A stretch of DNA of 39,278 nucleotides from Malacoraja senta (taxonomy: Eukaryota), in NCBI GenBank assembly GCA_038087875.1, contig JAXLNO010000296.1, positions 1-39,278 on the forward strand, given 5' to 3'. The translations under genes were made by a program, and so were the position numbers. Below, piece by piece: positions 11,094 through 22,379 of this stretch. The notes under the pieces were generated by a model. That model was not told where the DNA came from. It saw nothing but the letters and a program-made list of their open reading frames with translations, and made no database searches. Positions within the stretch are counted from its first letter, which is position 1, and every line of letters starts with the position of its first letter.

Positions 11094-11852
11094 CCCTCCC
11101 TCCGCCCCGGCTCTCCAACACCCACGACCAGGTTGCTCAGAGCACAGCAGCGCCTCTTCCAAAGCCGGAGACATTGAAACATGTCTAGCCAAAAAAGTGG
11201 GGGGGGGGGGGCTGCAGCCCCCCCAGCCCCCCTGGTTCCGCGGGGGTTATCTGATAACATGTGTATTTGTGAGTATGTGTATATATACACACACTGCGTC
11301 TATGAAAATAGATGAGAGTTGGTCAGGGTCAAATGGACATCACAGGGATATTTAATAGAGCATTGCAAATGGTTGGACTATTGTAGGAATATACCTATTA
11401 GTTCAAGAGTCAAGAGTGTTTTATTGTCATATGTTCCAGATAGAACAATGACATTGTTACTTGCAGCAGCACAACAAAATATGTAAACATAGTACACTGT
11501 AAACAATATAATAAACGAGAGGGAAAAAAAGTCCAGTACGAGTGTATGTGCATACTGGACTTTTCTTTTTCTCTCATCGATCTATATTACTAAAAGTCTG
11601 ATATTGACCACTTCCTGTTGTTCTGTATATTGATTTTAGAAAAAACACTGCCACATACGGCTGTGATTTTTGGCCATCTTACTCAGAGTCCCCCTCAGCT
11701 GCGCAGGACAAGAGGATTTTTCCCATCGATGAAAAATAAAAGAGTTATTAGTGTTTAAAAAATGTTGAGATTCTCCCTCCTGAAGGCCACGCCCCTTCCG
11801 AAGGGACTATAAAACCCGGAAGTGTTGAGTGCCTCAGTCAGTCTCTGCAAGA

Positions 11853-11965
11853 TGGGGGGGGGGGGTGGGGAAGGGGGGGAAGGGGGGGGGGGGAAGGGGG
11901 GGAAGGGGGGGGGGGAAGGGGGGGAAGGGGGGGGGGAGGGGGGGAAGGGGGGGAAGGGGGGGGAA
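11853..11965 (+). repeat. G-rich simple repeat (G6-12AA)n, quadruplex-prone
   Basis: Runs of G separated by AA inside Helitron module 1. The equivalent site in module 2 is just GGGGGA. Confidence 0.9.
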
Positions 11966-12058
11966 GCGAGAGGGTCACGTCTCTCAGTCTGAGCTGTGAA
12001 TAACACTGAACACATGTCTACTAAACGGTCAGTGCCCTTGATGTGGTTTGAAAATATA

Positions 12059-12454
12059 GTTTGGAAATGCTAAAGCTGTGTTGCCTTTGGTTTGGAAATG
12101 CTAAACCTGTGTTGCCTTTGGTTTGGAAATGCTAAAGCTGTGTTGCCTTTGGTTTGGAAATGCTAAAGCTGTGTTGCCTTTGGTTTGGAAATGCTAAAGG
12201 TGTGTTGCCTTTGGTTTGGAAATGCTAAAACTGTGTTCCCTTTGGTTTGGAAATGCTGAAGTTGTGTTGCCTTTGGTTTGGAAATGCTAAAGCTGCGTTG
12301 CCTTTGGTTTGGAAATGCTAAAGCTGTGTTGCTTTTTGGTTTGGAAATGGTAAAGCTGTGTTGCCTTTGGTTTGGAAATGCTAAAGCTGTGTTGCCTAAT
12401 TAAAGTTGCCTTGCCTAATTAAAGTTGCCTTGCCTAATTAAAGTTGCCTTGCCT
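12059..12454 (+). repeat. 31-bp minisatellite x~11 (gtttggaaatgctaaagctgtgttgcctttg) followed by a 19-bp unit x3
   Basis: Period 31 counted from 12059, 12090, 12121 and onward, then aattaaagttgccttgcct x3. Confidence 0.95.
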
Positions 12455-12844
12455 ATGTAATTAAAAGTCTAATCTTGACCACTTCCTGTTTGCACTTTAT
12501 ATTGATTTTAGAACAAACGCTACCACGTACGGCTGTGATTTTTGGCCATCTTACTCAGAGTCCCCCTCCGCTGCGCAGGACAAGAGGACTTTTCCCATCG
12601 ATGAAAAATAAAAGAGTTATTAGTGTTTTAAAAATGTTGAGATTCTCTCTCCTGAAGGCCACGCCCCTTCTGAAGGGACTATAAAACCCAGAAGTGTTGC
12701 GTGCCTCAGTCAGTCGCTGCAAGATGGGGGAGCGAGAGGGTCACGTCTCTCAGTCTGAGCTGTGAATAACACTGAACACATGTCTACTAAACTGTGAGTG
12801 GATTTACTGACCTATCAGTGCCCTTAATGTGGTTTGAAAATATA

Positions 12845-13064
12845 GTTTCGAAATGCTAAAGCTGTGTTGCCTTTGGTTTGGAAATGCTAAAACTGTGTTG
12901 CCTTTGGTTTGGAAATGCTAAACGGTGTTGCCTTTGGTTTGGAAATGTTAAAGCTGTGTTGCCTTTGGTTTGGAAATGCTAAAGCTGTGTTGCCTTTGGT
13001 TTGGAAATGCTAAAGCTGTGTTGCCTAATCAAAGTTGCCTTGCCTAATTAAAGTTGCCTTGCCT
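12845..13064 (+). repeat. Second array of the same 31-bp unit x~6 plus the 19-bp unit x2
   Basis: Directly visible repeats in Helitron module 2. Confidence 0.95.
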
Positions 13065-13839
13065 TCTATATAATTAAAAGTCTAATCTTGACCATTTCCT
13101 GTTTGCGCTTTATATTGATTTTAGAAAATACGCTACCACGTACAGCTGTATTTTTTGGCCATATTACTCAGAGTCCCCCTCGGCTCATCAGGTGCCGAGG
13201 ATTTTTCCCATCGATGAAAAATAAAAGAGTTATTAGTGTTTAAACTATGTTGAGATTCTCTCTCCTGTCAATCATGCCATAAAGGCCGCCCCCTTCTGGT
13301 GGGAGGAGGGAGGGACTATAAAACCCAGAAGTGTGGGCGTGGCTCAGTCTCTGCAAGATGGAGGAGAGAGAGGTCATGACTCGCTGTCTTTAGTGGCCAT
13401 GCACCCCTGCTTGAAATGGTATGAAACTGCACTTGAATTTGGTGGCCTTGCACCCTGCTTGAAGTGGTAAGAAACTGCACTTGAATTTGGTGGCTTGCAC
13501 CCTGCTTGAAATGGAATTTCAAGGAATAGCCGTGTCAACTGCCAGCCCACCAGCCGTGAGTTAGCTGCCAGCACAACAGGCTTGAGTGACTGAGCCGCCA
13601 GCCCAAGAATCCATTCGGCCCACAATGTCCATAGTAACACTCTGGAAACCAGTCCCTTCAGCCCACAACACCCATACTAGCGCTCCAGAAAGCCCCCCCT
13701 CCCCCCACTGGCCACCAATATTGGAATTGGCGGAGAGGTGGAATATTGCGTTGGGGGACCAGCCCTCCCTTGTGATGCTGGGACCCAACGGGTCCCACTT
13801 AGTCTAGTTTATTATATTGTTTACAGTGTACTATGTATT

Positions 13840-14392
13840 AAAGCACGGAAACAGGCCCTTCAGCCCAACTCATCCATGCTGACCAAGATGCCCCATCTAA
13901 GAAAGTCCCAGTTGCCCATGTTTGGCCCATAACCCTTTAAACTTTTCCAATCTATGTATTTGTCCAAGTTTCTTTTTAAATGTCATTATAGTACCTGCTC
14001 AACTACCTCCTCTGGCAGCTCAATCCAAATACCCACCACCCTGAGTGAAAACGTTGCTCCTCTGGTTCCTATAGTCCTAGAGTCATACAGCAAGGAAACA
14101 GGCCCATTGGCCCAATTTGCTCATGCACACCATCAACTCTAGTCTCACCTGCCCGTGTTTGGCCCATATCCCTCTAAACCTCCTCTGTCCATTCATATTA
14201 AAGCTTTCCTCTCTCACCTTAAACCTATGTCCTCTGGTTCTTGATTCATCCACCCTAGGTGAAAGCCTCTGTGCATTCACCTGTATATATTCCCCTCATG
14301 ATTTGATAATTCTCTGTACAATCAACCCTCATCCATCAGTGCTTCAAGGGATAAAGTCCTAGCCTGCCCAAAATCCCCCTAGAGCTTAGGCT
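13840..14392 (-). mobile_element. Two adjacent CR1 3' fragments
   Basis: PRVDESRTRGHRFKVR motif. Two copies of the ggaaacaggccc...gcccaact 3' UTR. Confidence 0.8.
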
Positions 14393-14764
14393 CACTACTT
14401 TCACATTCTTAAAACATTGAGAAAAATGTTAAGCAATTGAATTTCCAGCTGTATTAGTCTTAATATTTCCTGCCTTTCTGTGGTTTTATTCATCTGAAAA
14501 ATTTTGCTGGGAAATATATCTTGTTGTAAAATAAGCAGAGGGGAATCACAGCAGTTTCAGTATAACTACAACAGTGCCATCTATCTGGGAATATTATATA
14601 TCCTGTCCGAGACTGAAAAATCAGGTCAAACCTAACAAAATTGGTTACTGTCCCAAATAGCAGCAAAACCGATGTATTTGTTGCGAGTGTTAATAACTAG
14701 CACTTATTCAACAATAACCTGGCACTGATACTCCGTTAAGATTTCACAAGGACCATTTTGCTCC

Positions 14765-15385
14765 AGAGCAATGGTCAAGAAAGCACACCAACGCCTCTAT
14801 TCTATTAGAAGCCTTAGGATGTTCGGCATGTCCCCAACAACTTTCACCGTACAGATGCACCGTAGAAAGCATGTTATTGGGATGCATCACATCATGGTCT
14901 GGGAACAGTTCCATCCAAGACCGCAAGAAATTGCAGAGAGTGTGGACGTAGCCCAGACCATTACGCAAACCAACCTCACTCCCATTGACTCCATCTACAC
15001 TTCACAACACCTTGGCAAGGCCACCAGCATAATCAAGGACCAGGCTCATCTCGGTCACTCCCTCTTCATCTCCCTACCATTAGGTAAGTGGTACAGAAGT
15101 TAGAAAATTCAGTGATAATTTCATCCCAGCTGTTATTAGGTAACTGAACCGTCCTCTCCAGCTAGAGTATGATCCTGACCTCCCATCTACCTCATTGGAG
15201 ACCTTTGAACTAACTTTAATTGGGCTTTATCGGATTTTATCTTGCATTGAATTGAATACCCTTTATCTTGTATCTGTACAATGTGGAAGGCTTGATTGTA
15301 ATCTTTTTGTTGACTGGATAGAACACAACAAAAAGCTTTTCATTGTACCTCGGTACACATGACAATAATAAACTAAACTAAACCT
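14765..15385 (+). mobile_element. Rex1/Babar-type LINE 3' fragment with 3' UTR and (aaact)n tail
   Basis: VKKAHQRLYSIRSLRMFGM...KATSIIKD..HLGHSLF..LPLGKWYRS. Confidence 0.85.
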
Positions 15386-15439
15386 CGCTATAGTCTTGGT
15401 TCAAACACGAACAAAAGCGCAGAAGTGAATTGAGAATAA

Positions 15440-15665
15440 CCACCTTTGACATCTAAGCAGCATTTGAACAAGGATGGCATCAAGGAGCCCGAGTAAAATT
15501 GAGGACATTAGACCTCAGGAGGAAACTCTCCACTAGCTGGAATTGTACCAAGAATAAAGAAAGATTATCAGCACTGTTGGAGGTCAGTCTTTTCAGCCGT
15601 AGAACATTGCTGCTGAAGTTCCCAGTGCAATGCCGCAGGCCTAACTACCATCAACTGTTCTACTG
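15440..15665 (+). mobile_element. Old CR1-like RT fragment
   Basis: tttgacatctaagcagcatttga...ggcatcaaggagc...gttggaggtcagtc...gctgaagttccc, a decayed DIKAAFD..WH...GVPQGSVLGP. Confidence 0.6.
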
Positions 15666-15794
15666 CTGGGCTTCTCACCATGATGCCAGAAGCAGCGATG
15701 TGTGTCGATGTTCACTTACTTTCTCTGTTCTTCAGGTAATGAAGCAGTGTATTCCTGCATGTAACAAACCCAAAAATATTCAGGCAAGTAACAC

Positions 15795-16002
15795 AGGCGG
15801 CACAGTGGCTCAGCTGGTAGAGCCACTGTCTCACAACCCCAGAGAACTGGGTTCAATCCCGCCCTCAGGGGTTGTGTATGTGGAGTTAGCACGTTTTCCC
15901 GGTGACCGGGTAGGATTCCTCCGGCTGCACCGATTTCCTTCCACATCTCGAAGATGTGCGGGTTTGTAGGTTAATTGGCCTCTGTAAATTGCCCCTAGTG
16001 TG
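15795..16002 (+). mobile_element. tRNA-derived SINE; family copies at 103-262 (+), 19600-19895 (-), 28940-29140 (+), 29885-30197 (-), 30255-30450 (+), 30612-30740 (+), 32095-32360 (-), 32540-32700 (-) and 36855-37135 (+)
   Basis: Pol III A box TGGCTCAGCTGG, B box GGTTCAATCCC and core tttgtaggttaattggc..tgtaaattgccccta. CR1-like tail in the full-length copies. Confidence 0.85.
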
Positions 16003-16019
16003 AAGGGCGTGGTCTCAGT

Positions 16020-16862
16020 GGGTTGGAGAAAGGGGAACAAGAGATGGTACTCAGGACAAATGAATGGAAGATATGCAGAAAGCAACAATAATCAAGGAAA
16101 TGTAGTGCCCACAATGATTCATTGTTGCCTTGGATAGGTGATCCCCATTAATACAGACGGAGAACTCAACGGGACGACAGTAAAACTAGTACGACGTCTA
16201 GGGTGGGGGAGGGATGGAGAGAGAGGGAATGCAAGGGTTACCTGAAGTTAGAGAAATCAAAATCATACCGCTGGGTTGTAAGATGCTCAAGCAAAATATG
16301 AGGTGCTGTTCCCCCAATTGCCATTTGGCCTCACTCTGACAATAGAGGAGGCCCAGGACAGGGTGGTCAGTATGGGAATGAGAAGGGGAGTCAAAGTGTT
16401 TGGTAACCAGGAGATCACATAGGCCGAGGCAGTCTGAGTGAAGGTGTTCAGCGAAACAATCCTCTGCGCTTGGTCTCCGCAATATATAGGTGTCCACACC
16501 TGGAACAGCGGATACAGTAGATGAGAATGGAGGAGGTGCTAGTGCACCTCCGTCTCACCTGAAAGGACTATTGGGGTCCCTGGATAGTCGAGGGAGGAGG
16601 TAAAGGGACAGGTGTCGCATCTCCTGTGGTTGCAGGGGAAGGTACCTGGGGAAGGGGTAGCTGCAAATCTTCCATTCATTTGTCCTAAGTACCTGGTATA
16701 TCTCTTGCTCCCATTTCCCCTGAATCTCAGTATGAAGAAGGGTCTCGACCCAAAACGTCACCTATTCCTTTTCTCCAGAGATGCTGCCTGAACCACTGAG
16801 TTAATCCAGTTTTTTTGTGTCTGCCTGCGGTTTAAGCCAGCATCTACGGTTCTTCCCTACAC
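16020..16862 (-). mobile_element. Penelope-like retroelement remnant (GIY-YIG endonuclease C-terminus) with inverted terminal repeat piece
   Basis: ORF 16198-16497 reads FAEHLHS...LLVTKHFDSPSHSHTD..VLGLLYCQSEAKWQLGEQHLIFCLSILQPSGM, the Penelope RF.EH...VA.HF...E..LIF.L..L.P.GMN pattern. Terminal repeat gaagaagggtctcgacccaaaacgtcacc at 16734. Confidence 0.8.
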
Positions 16863-16869
16863 ATTTTGT

Positions 16870-17406
16870 TACAGCTGTACTCGACATTGGTAAGGCCACA
16901 TTTGAAGTACTGTGTACAGTTCTGATCACCTTGCTATATGTCATTAAACTGGAACGGGTGCAAAAAAGATTTACGAGGATGTTAGTGGGACTGGAGAATT
17001 TGAGCTATAAGTGGCTGGATAGTCTGGGTCTGTTTTCTGTGGAGCAAAGGAGGCTGATGAGTGATCTTGTAGAGCTGTACAAAATCATAAGGGTTAAAGA
17101 TAAGATGAATAGCCACATCCTTTTCCCAGCGTAGTGGTGTAAAAATACCTGAGGAGAAAGACTTAAAAGGGACCCGAGGTGCAACTTTTTCCACACAGAG
17201 GGTGATGCATCTATGGAACGAACTGCCAGAGGGAGTGATTGAGGAGGGTATAATTATGACATTTAAAAGACTCTGTATGCATGGATTGGTAAGGATTGGA
17301 GGGCTATGCACCAGGCACAGACATGAGGTTAGCTCGTTTAAGCAATGGTTGCATGGTTGGGCTAAAGGACCTGTTTCCATGCTGTAACTCTATGACTTTA
17401 TGACTT
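16870..17406 (+). mobile_element. Degenerate CR1 3' fragment; similar fragments at 19315-19585, 33770-33920, 34195-34370 and 35520-35852
   Basis: KLERVQKRFTRML...LGLFSVEQRRL and WNELPEGVIE. Confidence 0.85.
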
Positions 17407-17640
17407 CACTATAGACTACAAACGTAACTGCATTAATCACTTACCACTGTGGTTGTAAGAACAGGCCAGAGGCTGGCAATCAGTTGAGGGAGTGACTTCT
17501 TGGCTTCTAAAGTCTTTTCACCATTTATATATCACACTCAGGATCTTGACTGAAGAAGGGTGCCGACCGAAAAGTCACCCATCTTTGTTCTCCAGAGATG
17601 CTGCCTGACCCACTGAGTTACTCCAGCACTTTGTGTCTAT

Positions 17641-18360
17641 CACGGTTTCAAGGTCAAGGTTCATTTTATTGTCACATGTACCAATTAAGGTACAGTGAAA
17701 ATCGAATTACCATGCAGCCATACTCAAAAAAACAAAGCAACACAAAAAAGAAACACAACTACATAAAAGTTAACATAAACATCCACCACAGCGGATTCCC
17801 CACATTCCTCATTTGATGGAAGGCAATAAAGACCAATCTTCTTCCTCTTTCTTCTCCGGTCGGGTCAGTCAAACCATCAACAGTGGGGGCCCTCGAAGAT
17901 CCCACAGCTGGCGATCGAAGCCCCCGTGATGGGGCGATTGAAGCTCCCGCATCGGGGTGATCGAAGCTCCTGCGGCGTGGAGTTCCCGAAGTCGGTCTCT
18001 AACCAGAGACCGCGAGCTCCACGATGTTAGTCCACAGGCCCCCGCGGTTGGAGCCCAGAGGTCAATCTCTGGTAAAGGGATCGTGAGCTCCGTGCTGGTA
18101 AGTCCACATGCTTCCGCAGTGAAGCTCCTGAAATCGGTCTCCAGCAAAGTCCGCCAACTCCTCGATGTTAGGCTGCAGTGCGGACGGAAATACGATATGG
18201 AAAAAAATTGCATCTCCGTCGAGGTAAGAGATTAGAAAAAGTTTCCCCAAAACCCCCGCACACATAAAACAAGCTAAAGAACACTAAAAACATACATTTA
18301 ACACATACAAACAAACAACAAAGAAGGAAGGGTCAGACAGACTGTTGGCGAGGCAGCCAT
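17641..18360 (-). mobile_element. ~720-bp non-coding retroposon inserted into a Penelope-derived repeat
   Basis: The host repeat ...actttgtgtctat | aaaccagcat.tgcagttccttgtttc is split. The insert begins (minus) atggctgcctcgccaacag, has a GC-rich core and ends aataaaatgaaccttgaccttgaaacc (short tandem tail). Confidence 0.7.
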
Positions 18361-21300
18361 AAACCAGCATATGCAGTTCCTTGTTTCAACATATCAGATG
18401 TGCCATGCATGGATGCAATCAGTTCAAACTCATACAAGAGAGAGCAATAGGGAAGGTGTAGGGTGCACAATATAGTTCTCAGCATTGTAGAGCATCAGTT
18501 CCTTAGATAAAGTCCAATGTCCTCAAAGGGGTAGAGGTGAATTGAACCGTACCTTAGCTTAGTTCAGAAGCCTGATAATGGAGGAGAGTGGATGCAATTC
18601 AATGCACTTTGATAGATAATTCTTTATAAAAATAACATGTATCCTTATTACTCAGACCCGTTTTCTGTCACTGATCTATGTTGGTTCTGAATTGCGTATG
18701 CAAAAATCATTTTTTCCATGAGAACTGATTCCTGCAAAATGGATTGATGTCATCCAGTGCATGCTTTCTTGGGCTCCTGTATGGGTATGCAACTTGCAAA
18801 GGTACATGCAATTGAAAGTTCATAATCAATTTTACACTAAAAATCAGCCATGAACCACATAAAAGGACTTGCATCACTAGGCTACTATTTGCTGTCAAGT
18901 GAGCATTTTCTATTATACATTGACAAAAGTTACTTTGATGATAAAATTCACAATGCACAGTGGAAGCCTTTTAGAATTAATGTTTCTGTTAGTCATTTGA
19001 GCTGTAACATAAGATGTAATTTAAAAGTATCTTCAAGACTAAAGGTCAAATCTCCTGCTTTTTTAAAAATAGGTGAAACCTATAGCCATGTGATGTGCTA
19101 ATAGGATTTTCTTGTGTGTACGTATCATGCCTGCATAATTACAGGTTCCAGTCCATAAGAAAGCAATCTGCCTCCTAGATATGTGATAATTCCCCAGTTG
19201 AATTCCTCATGATAATGCTCCCAGTTCCTCAGTAGAAACATCTTGCCTCGAAAAGAAAACGCAACAGAAATTTAGTTCACCTCTGCCAACCTTTCATCAG
19301 ATATCTGATACAGTCAGAATCTTTTTCCCAGGATGGAAAATTGAAATACTAGAGAGAATTTCTTTAAGGTGAGAAGGGCAAAGTTTAAAGAAGTGTGAGG
19401 CAAGTTATTTTTAACACAGAGGGTGATGAGTGCCTGGAACATGCTGCCGAGGGTGGTGGTTGAACCAGGTACATTAGAGTCATTTAAAAGATTTTTGGAC
19501 AGCCGTGTAGATATACAGGGAATGGAAGGATATGGGTTATGCATCATGTTCGGCACAGACATTGGTGGCCAAAAGGACTGTTTAGTTTAGTTAGTTTAGT
19601 TTAGTTAGTTTAGTGATACAGCGTTGAAACAGGCCCTGACGGCCCACTGAGTCCACACCAGTACACTAGTTCTACGTTATCCCAGTTTCGCATCCTGTAC
19701 ACTAGGGGGAATTTTACAGAAACCAGTTAACCTATAAACCTGTATGTCTTTGAAATGTTGGAGGAAACTGAGAACCCAGATAAAAACCATACGGTCACAG
19801 GGAGATTGTACAAACTCCGTACAGACAGCAGCCGTAGTGGAGATCAAACACAGGTCTCTGGCGCTGTAAGCAGCAACTCTACTACGCCACTGTGCTGTTC
19901 TTGTGTTGTACTGTTCTATATTCTACGTTCTGCCTGCACCATCCCTCATAGCCACAAAATTGCAACAATGTCAGAGTATTTAACATAATTTCTAGTCTAC
20001 TACGTTGCACTCTTGAAACTCAAGGTCAATGAGCTCATTAAAATTGTGAAACAAAATAGAGAGAGACAAAAAAAACCTTTCAGTAGCAACGGAGAACAAA
20101 ACATGTTTGGGGAACTATTAGTTGTTTCATTGGGAGTACATCAAAATATATGTAAGTAATGTAAACAAGTTGAACAGGGGAAATAATAGTGGGTATGTAA
20201 TAGACGCTGGCATTGAATTCAATGTTTGTTCTGTATAAACATGCTGCAATGACTTCCCCAACTTTAACATTTTAATGTGAGCATTATTACAAATCAATAG
20301 CATAACACCTCGGCTATTGAAATTATTAACAATGTTTATTAAAGATCTACAACTCCAGAGTAATATTGTAGAGCTTTTAGGTTTAGAGGATAATTTTAAT
20401 TTCCTCAAGCATTAGTTGTGTGGTTTACAGTGTTATTTAAACGCTATTGCTAATGTTAGTGGATTCTAACCTATCCAAGCTACCTGTTATTAACTCTGTC
20501 AAGAGCATAGATTTTGTATCTTTTCATAAACAAATGAAGATATCAAGGCAGAAATTTCTGCATAGTTCTGGGTATTGATTGGATTCTAAGTCTATTTCGT
20601 TAATACCGGCTCTTTAGGCAAATTATAGGCACAGGGATCTGCATGCTCTAATACTGGAGACATATGAGACAATAGGCTGAGCCCGACCAATGATTTAATG
20701 GCCTGCACAGCTCATCATTACTGAGACTTAATTTGGCTGGACAATGATAGCAAGCATCGTTGTGAATATTAAAGACAATTGAAATTGTATATGCAGTAAA
20801 CTTAACATGATGAGAATGCTATTATTTTGAATATATTCTGAAGAAGAGTCCCAACCCGAAGCATCGTGTGTCCATTCCTTCCACAGATGTGGCCTGATCT
20901 GCTAAGTTACTCCAGCTCCTTGTGTTTTATGCTATTATATACTTCATTTTACAACACTGATCTTTGTGCTAATGACACTTTTACGTGGCCCCTCTCACTT
21001 TTTCTTCCCACCTGCCTCCGTCTGTTTATTTGCCGTCTTTCTGATAATGCATTACATTCGGTTTGTTTCCCACTTTCCCTGCCTTATTTCTGTAAATTTA
21101 CAAATCTTGCCCCGAGTCTCATACTTTTTCGGAACTCAATAGAATTAATTTAAAAAAAAATTATTGTCAATGTTCTGATTTGTACTCATGTTACTTGTAA
21201 TTATCTACCCTCTTCAAGTTGTTTTCATTATTTATCAGTGGTCTAACTGCTGATCGTGTAAGGGCGTAAAGTTTCCACGAGTATATTTTAAAGAGAAAAA

Positions 21301-21478
21301 ACACCATTTGAATTACAAGCATTCACCCTGAGCATACAAACAAATATCAAACTAATTTTAATGTTTCCTCAATTTTAATTGCAGCAAAACATTCTCTTAC
21401 TTTCCTTATTCCACCTAACCTACTCAAAGGTAAAAGAGCTGAGATACTCTGAGATTTTATCTGTTGATAATTCAATTA

Positions 21479-21603
21479 TTATGGAAAATTATTTAAAACA
21501 GCATTAAAATGTACAGGTTCCATTTTCCTCTGTTGTGCTGAATTTCTGCTGCTGATATCAGTAGGGTTATTGATAAGATGTCTAAATTTATTGCAGAATA
21601 ATT
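21479..21603 (-). CDS. Putative terminal coding exon (ELFCNKFRHLINNPTDISSRNSAQQRKMEPVHFNAVLNNFP*), phase-compatible with the 28091-28204 exon
   Basis: Strong polypyrimidine acceptor ccttttatctcttttcctgcag| at 21604, phase-1 frame open to TAA at 21481-21479. No homology recognised. Confidence 0.3.
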
Positions 21604-22379
21604 CTGCAGGAAAAGAGATAAAAGGTTGCTGAATAAAATATGAGGCAAGGGCTGTAAATTGTAGCAATGCATATCATTTAATTCAAATGTAGGAGGCAAT
21701 TACCATCTGCTATACTCATCAGTTCCCTCCTTTATGACTTAATTATATGTTTAATGCTATCAGATCAAGGAAAGGGCACAATAGATGACTGCAAGAGAAA
21801 TAGAAAAAAGATTCTGCAACAAGACCAAAGCCAGATGAAAGTAACATAAAGAAAAGAATGATTTCATTTGTGAAAAAGTTAATCTGAATAGTATCGTCTC
21901 AGCTCCCTTTTGTAATAATGAGATAATATAAATCATTTGTTTGTGAATTTCCTTCATACAAATTTAACAAAAGCATTCAACTTTCAAAAAAACTCAAGTC
22001 CTTCTCCCTGATTTATTCATAAGACAGGTAACATTTTGAAGTGACACATGAACAAAAAAAGCAATAAACATTTTCAAATTATAATTCATTGTTTGGTTGC
22101 AAACTTCTAAATTCTTTAGCAGTAGATGTCACACATCAATCGATTTCACAGCAGCTAAAATACTGGTAATATTAAATCAGCCACAGTGTAGAAGTATCAA
22201 ATATAGCACCAATCAATGAGCATTTAAGCAGGTAGTGACATATTTACATTCATTTTCTTAATTAATGGTGGAGTAGATTGTGAATTTTAAAAGTGTAATC
22301 GTAAGCCAAACTGTTTTAAGTCACTCCCTGTTTATAAACGGCAAATCTACTCAATGTCTACATTGAATAGTCAACTGTG

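Larger units (their letters stand above)
9456..11243. mobile_element. Putative hAT-like non-autonomous element (left end CAGGGGCCACGGAGC, damaged right end ...GGGGCTGCAGCCCCCCCAGCCCCCCTGGTTCCGCGG) enclosing TDP2 exon 1
   Basis: Left end at 9456 has subterminal GGGGGGGCTG. Right end 11186-11243 has the same motif iterated as a hairpin plus GTTCCGCGG, complementary to CC(A/G)CGGA(G/A)C. The outer ~7 nt of the right TIR and a TSD are not seen. Confidence 0.5.
11581..13807 (+). mobile_element. Complete composite non-autonomous Helitron
   Basis: 5' A|TCTATATTACTAAAAG, 3' hairpin TGGGACCC-AAC-GGGTCCCA (13779-13797), then CTAG|T (13804-13807). A/T insertion site with no TSD. The 5' module recurs at ~12453 and at 13065. 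Confidence 0.92.

Noticed and set aside
10755..11192. Full 145-aa ORF as a single-exon gene
   Set aside because: TDP2 similarity ends at the donor at 10841, the rest is intron read-through, and the upstream start overlaps the transposon-like end.
12059..13064. Regular 31-bp repeats resembling a CRISPR array
   Set aside because: Units are contiguous with no unique spacers, the context is eukaryotic and there are no cas genes. It is a Helitron-internal minisatellite.
15795..15870. tRNA gene
   Set aside because: A and B boxes continue into a SINE core and tail seen in many copies, and there is no complete cloverleaf.
15499..15969. 156-aa ORF
   Set aside because: Chance frame spanning a decayed CR1 RT fragment and a SINE.
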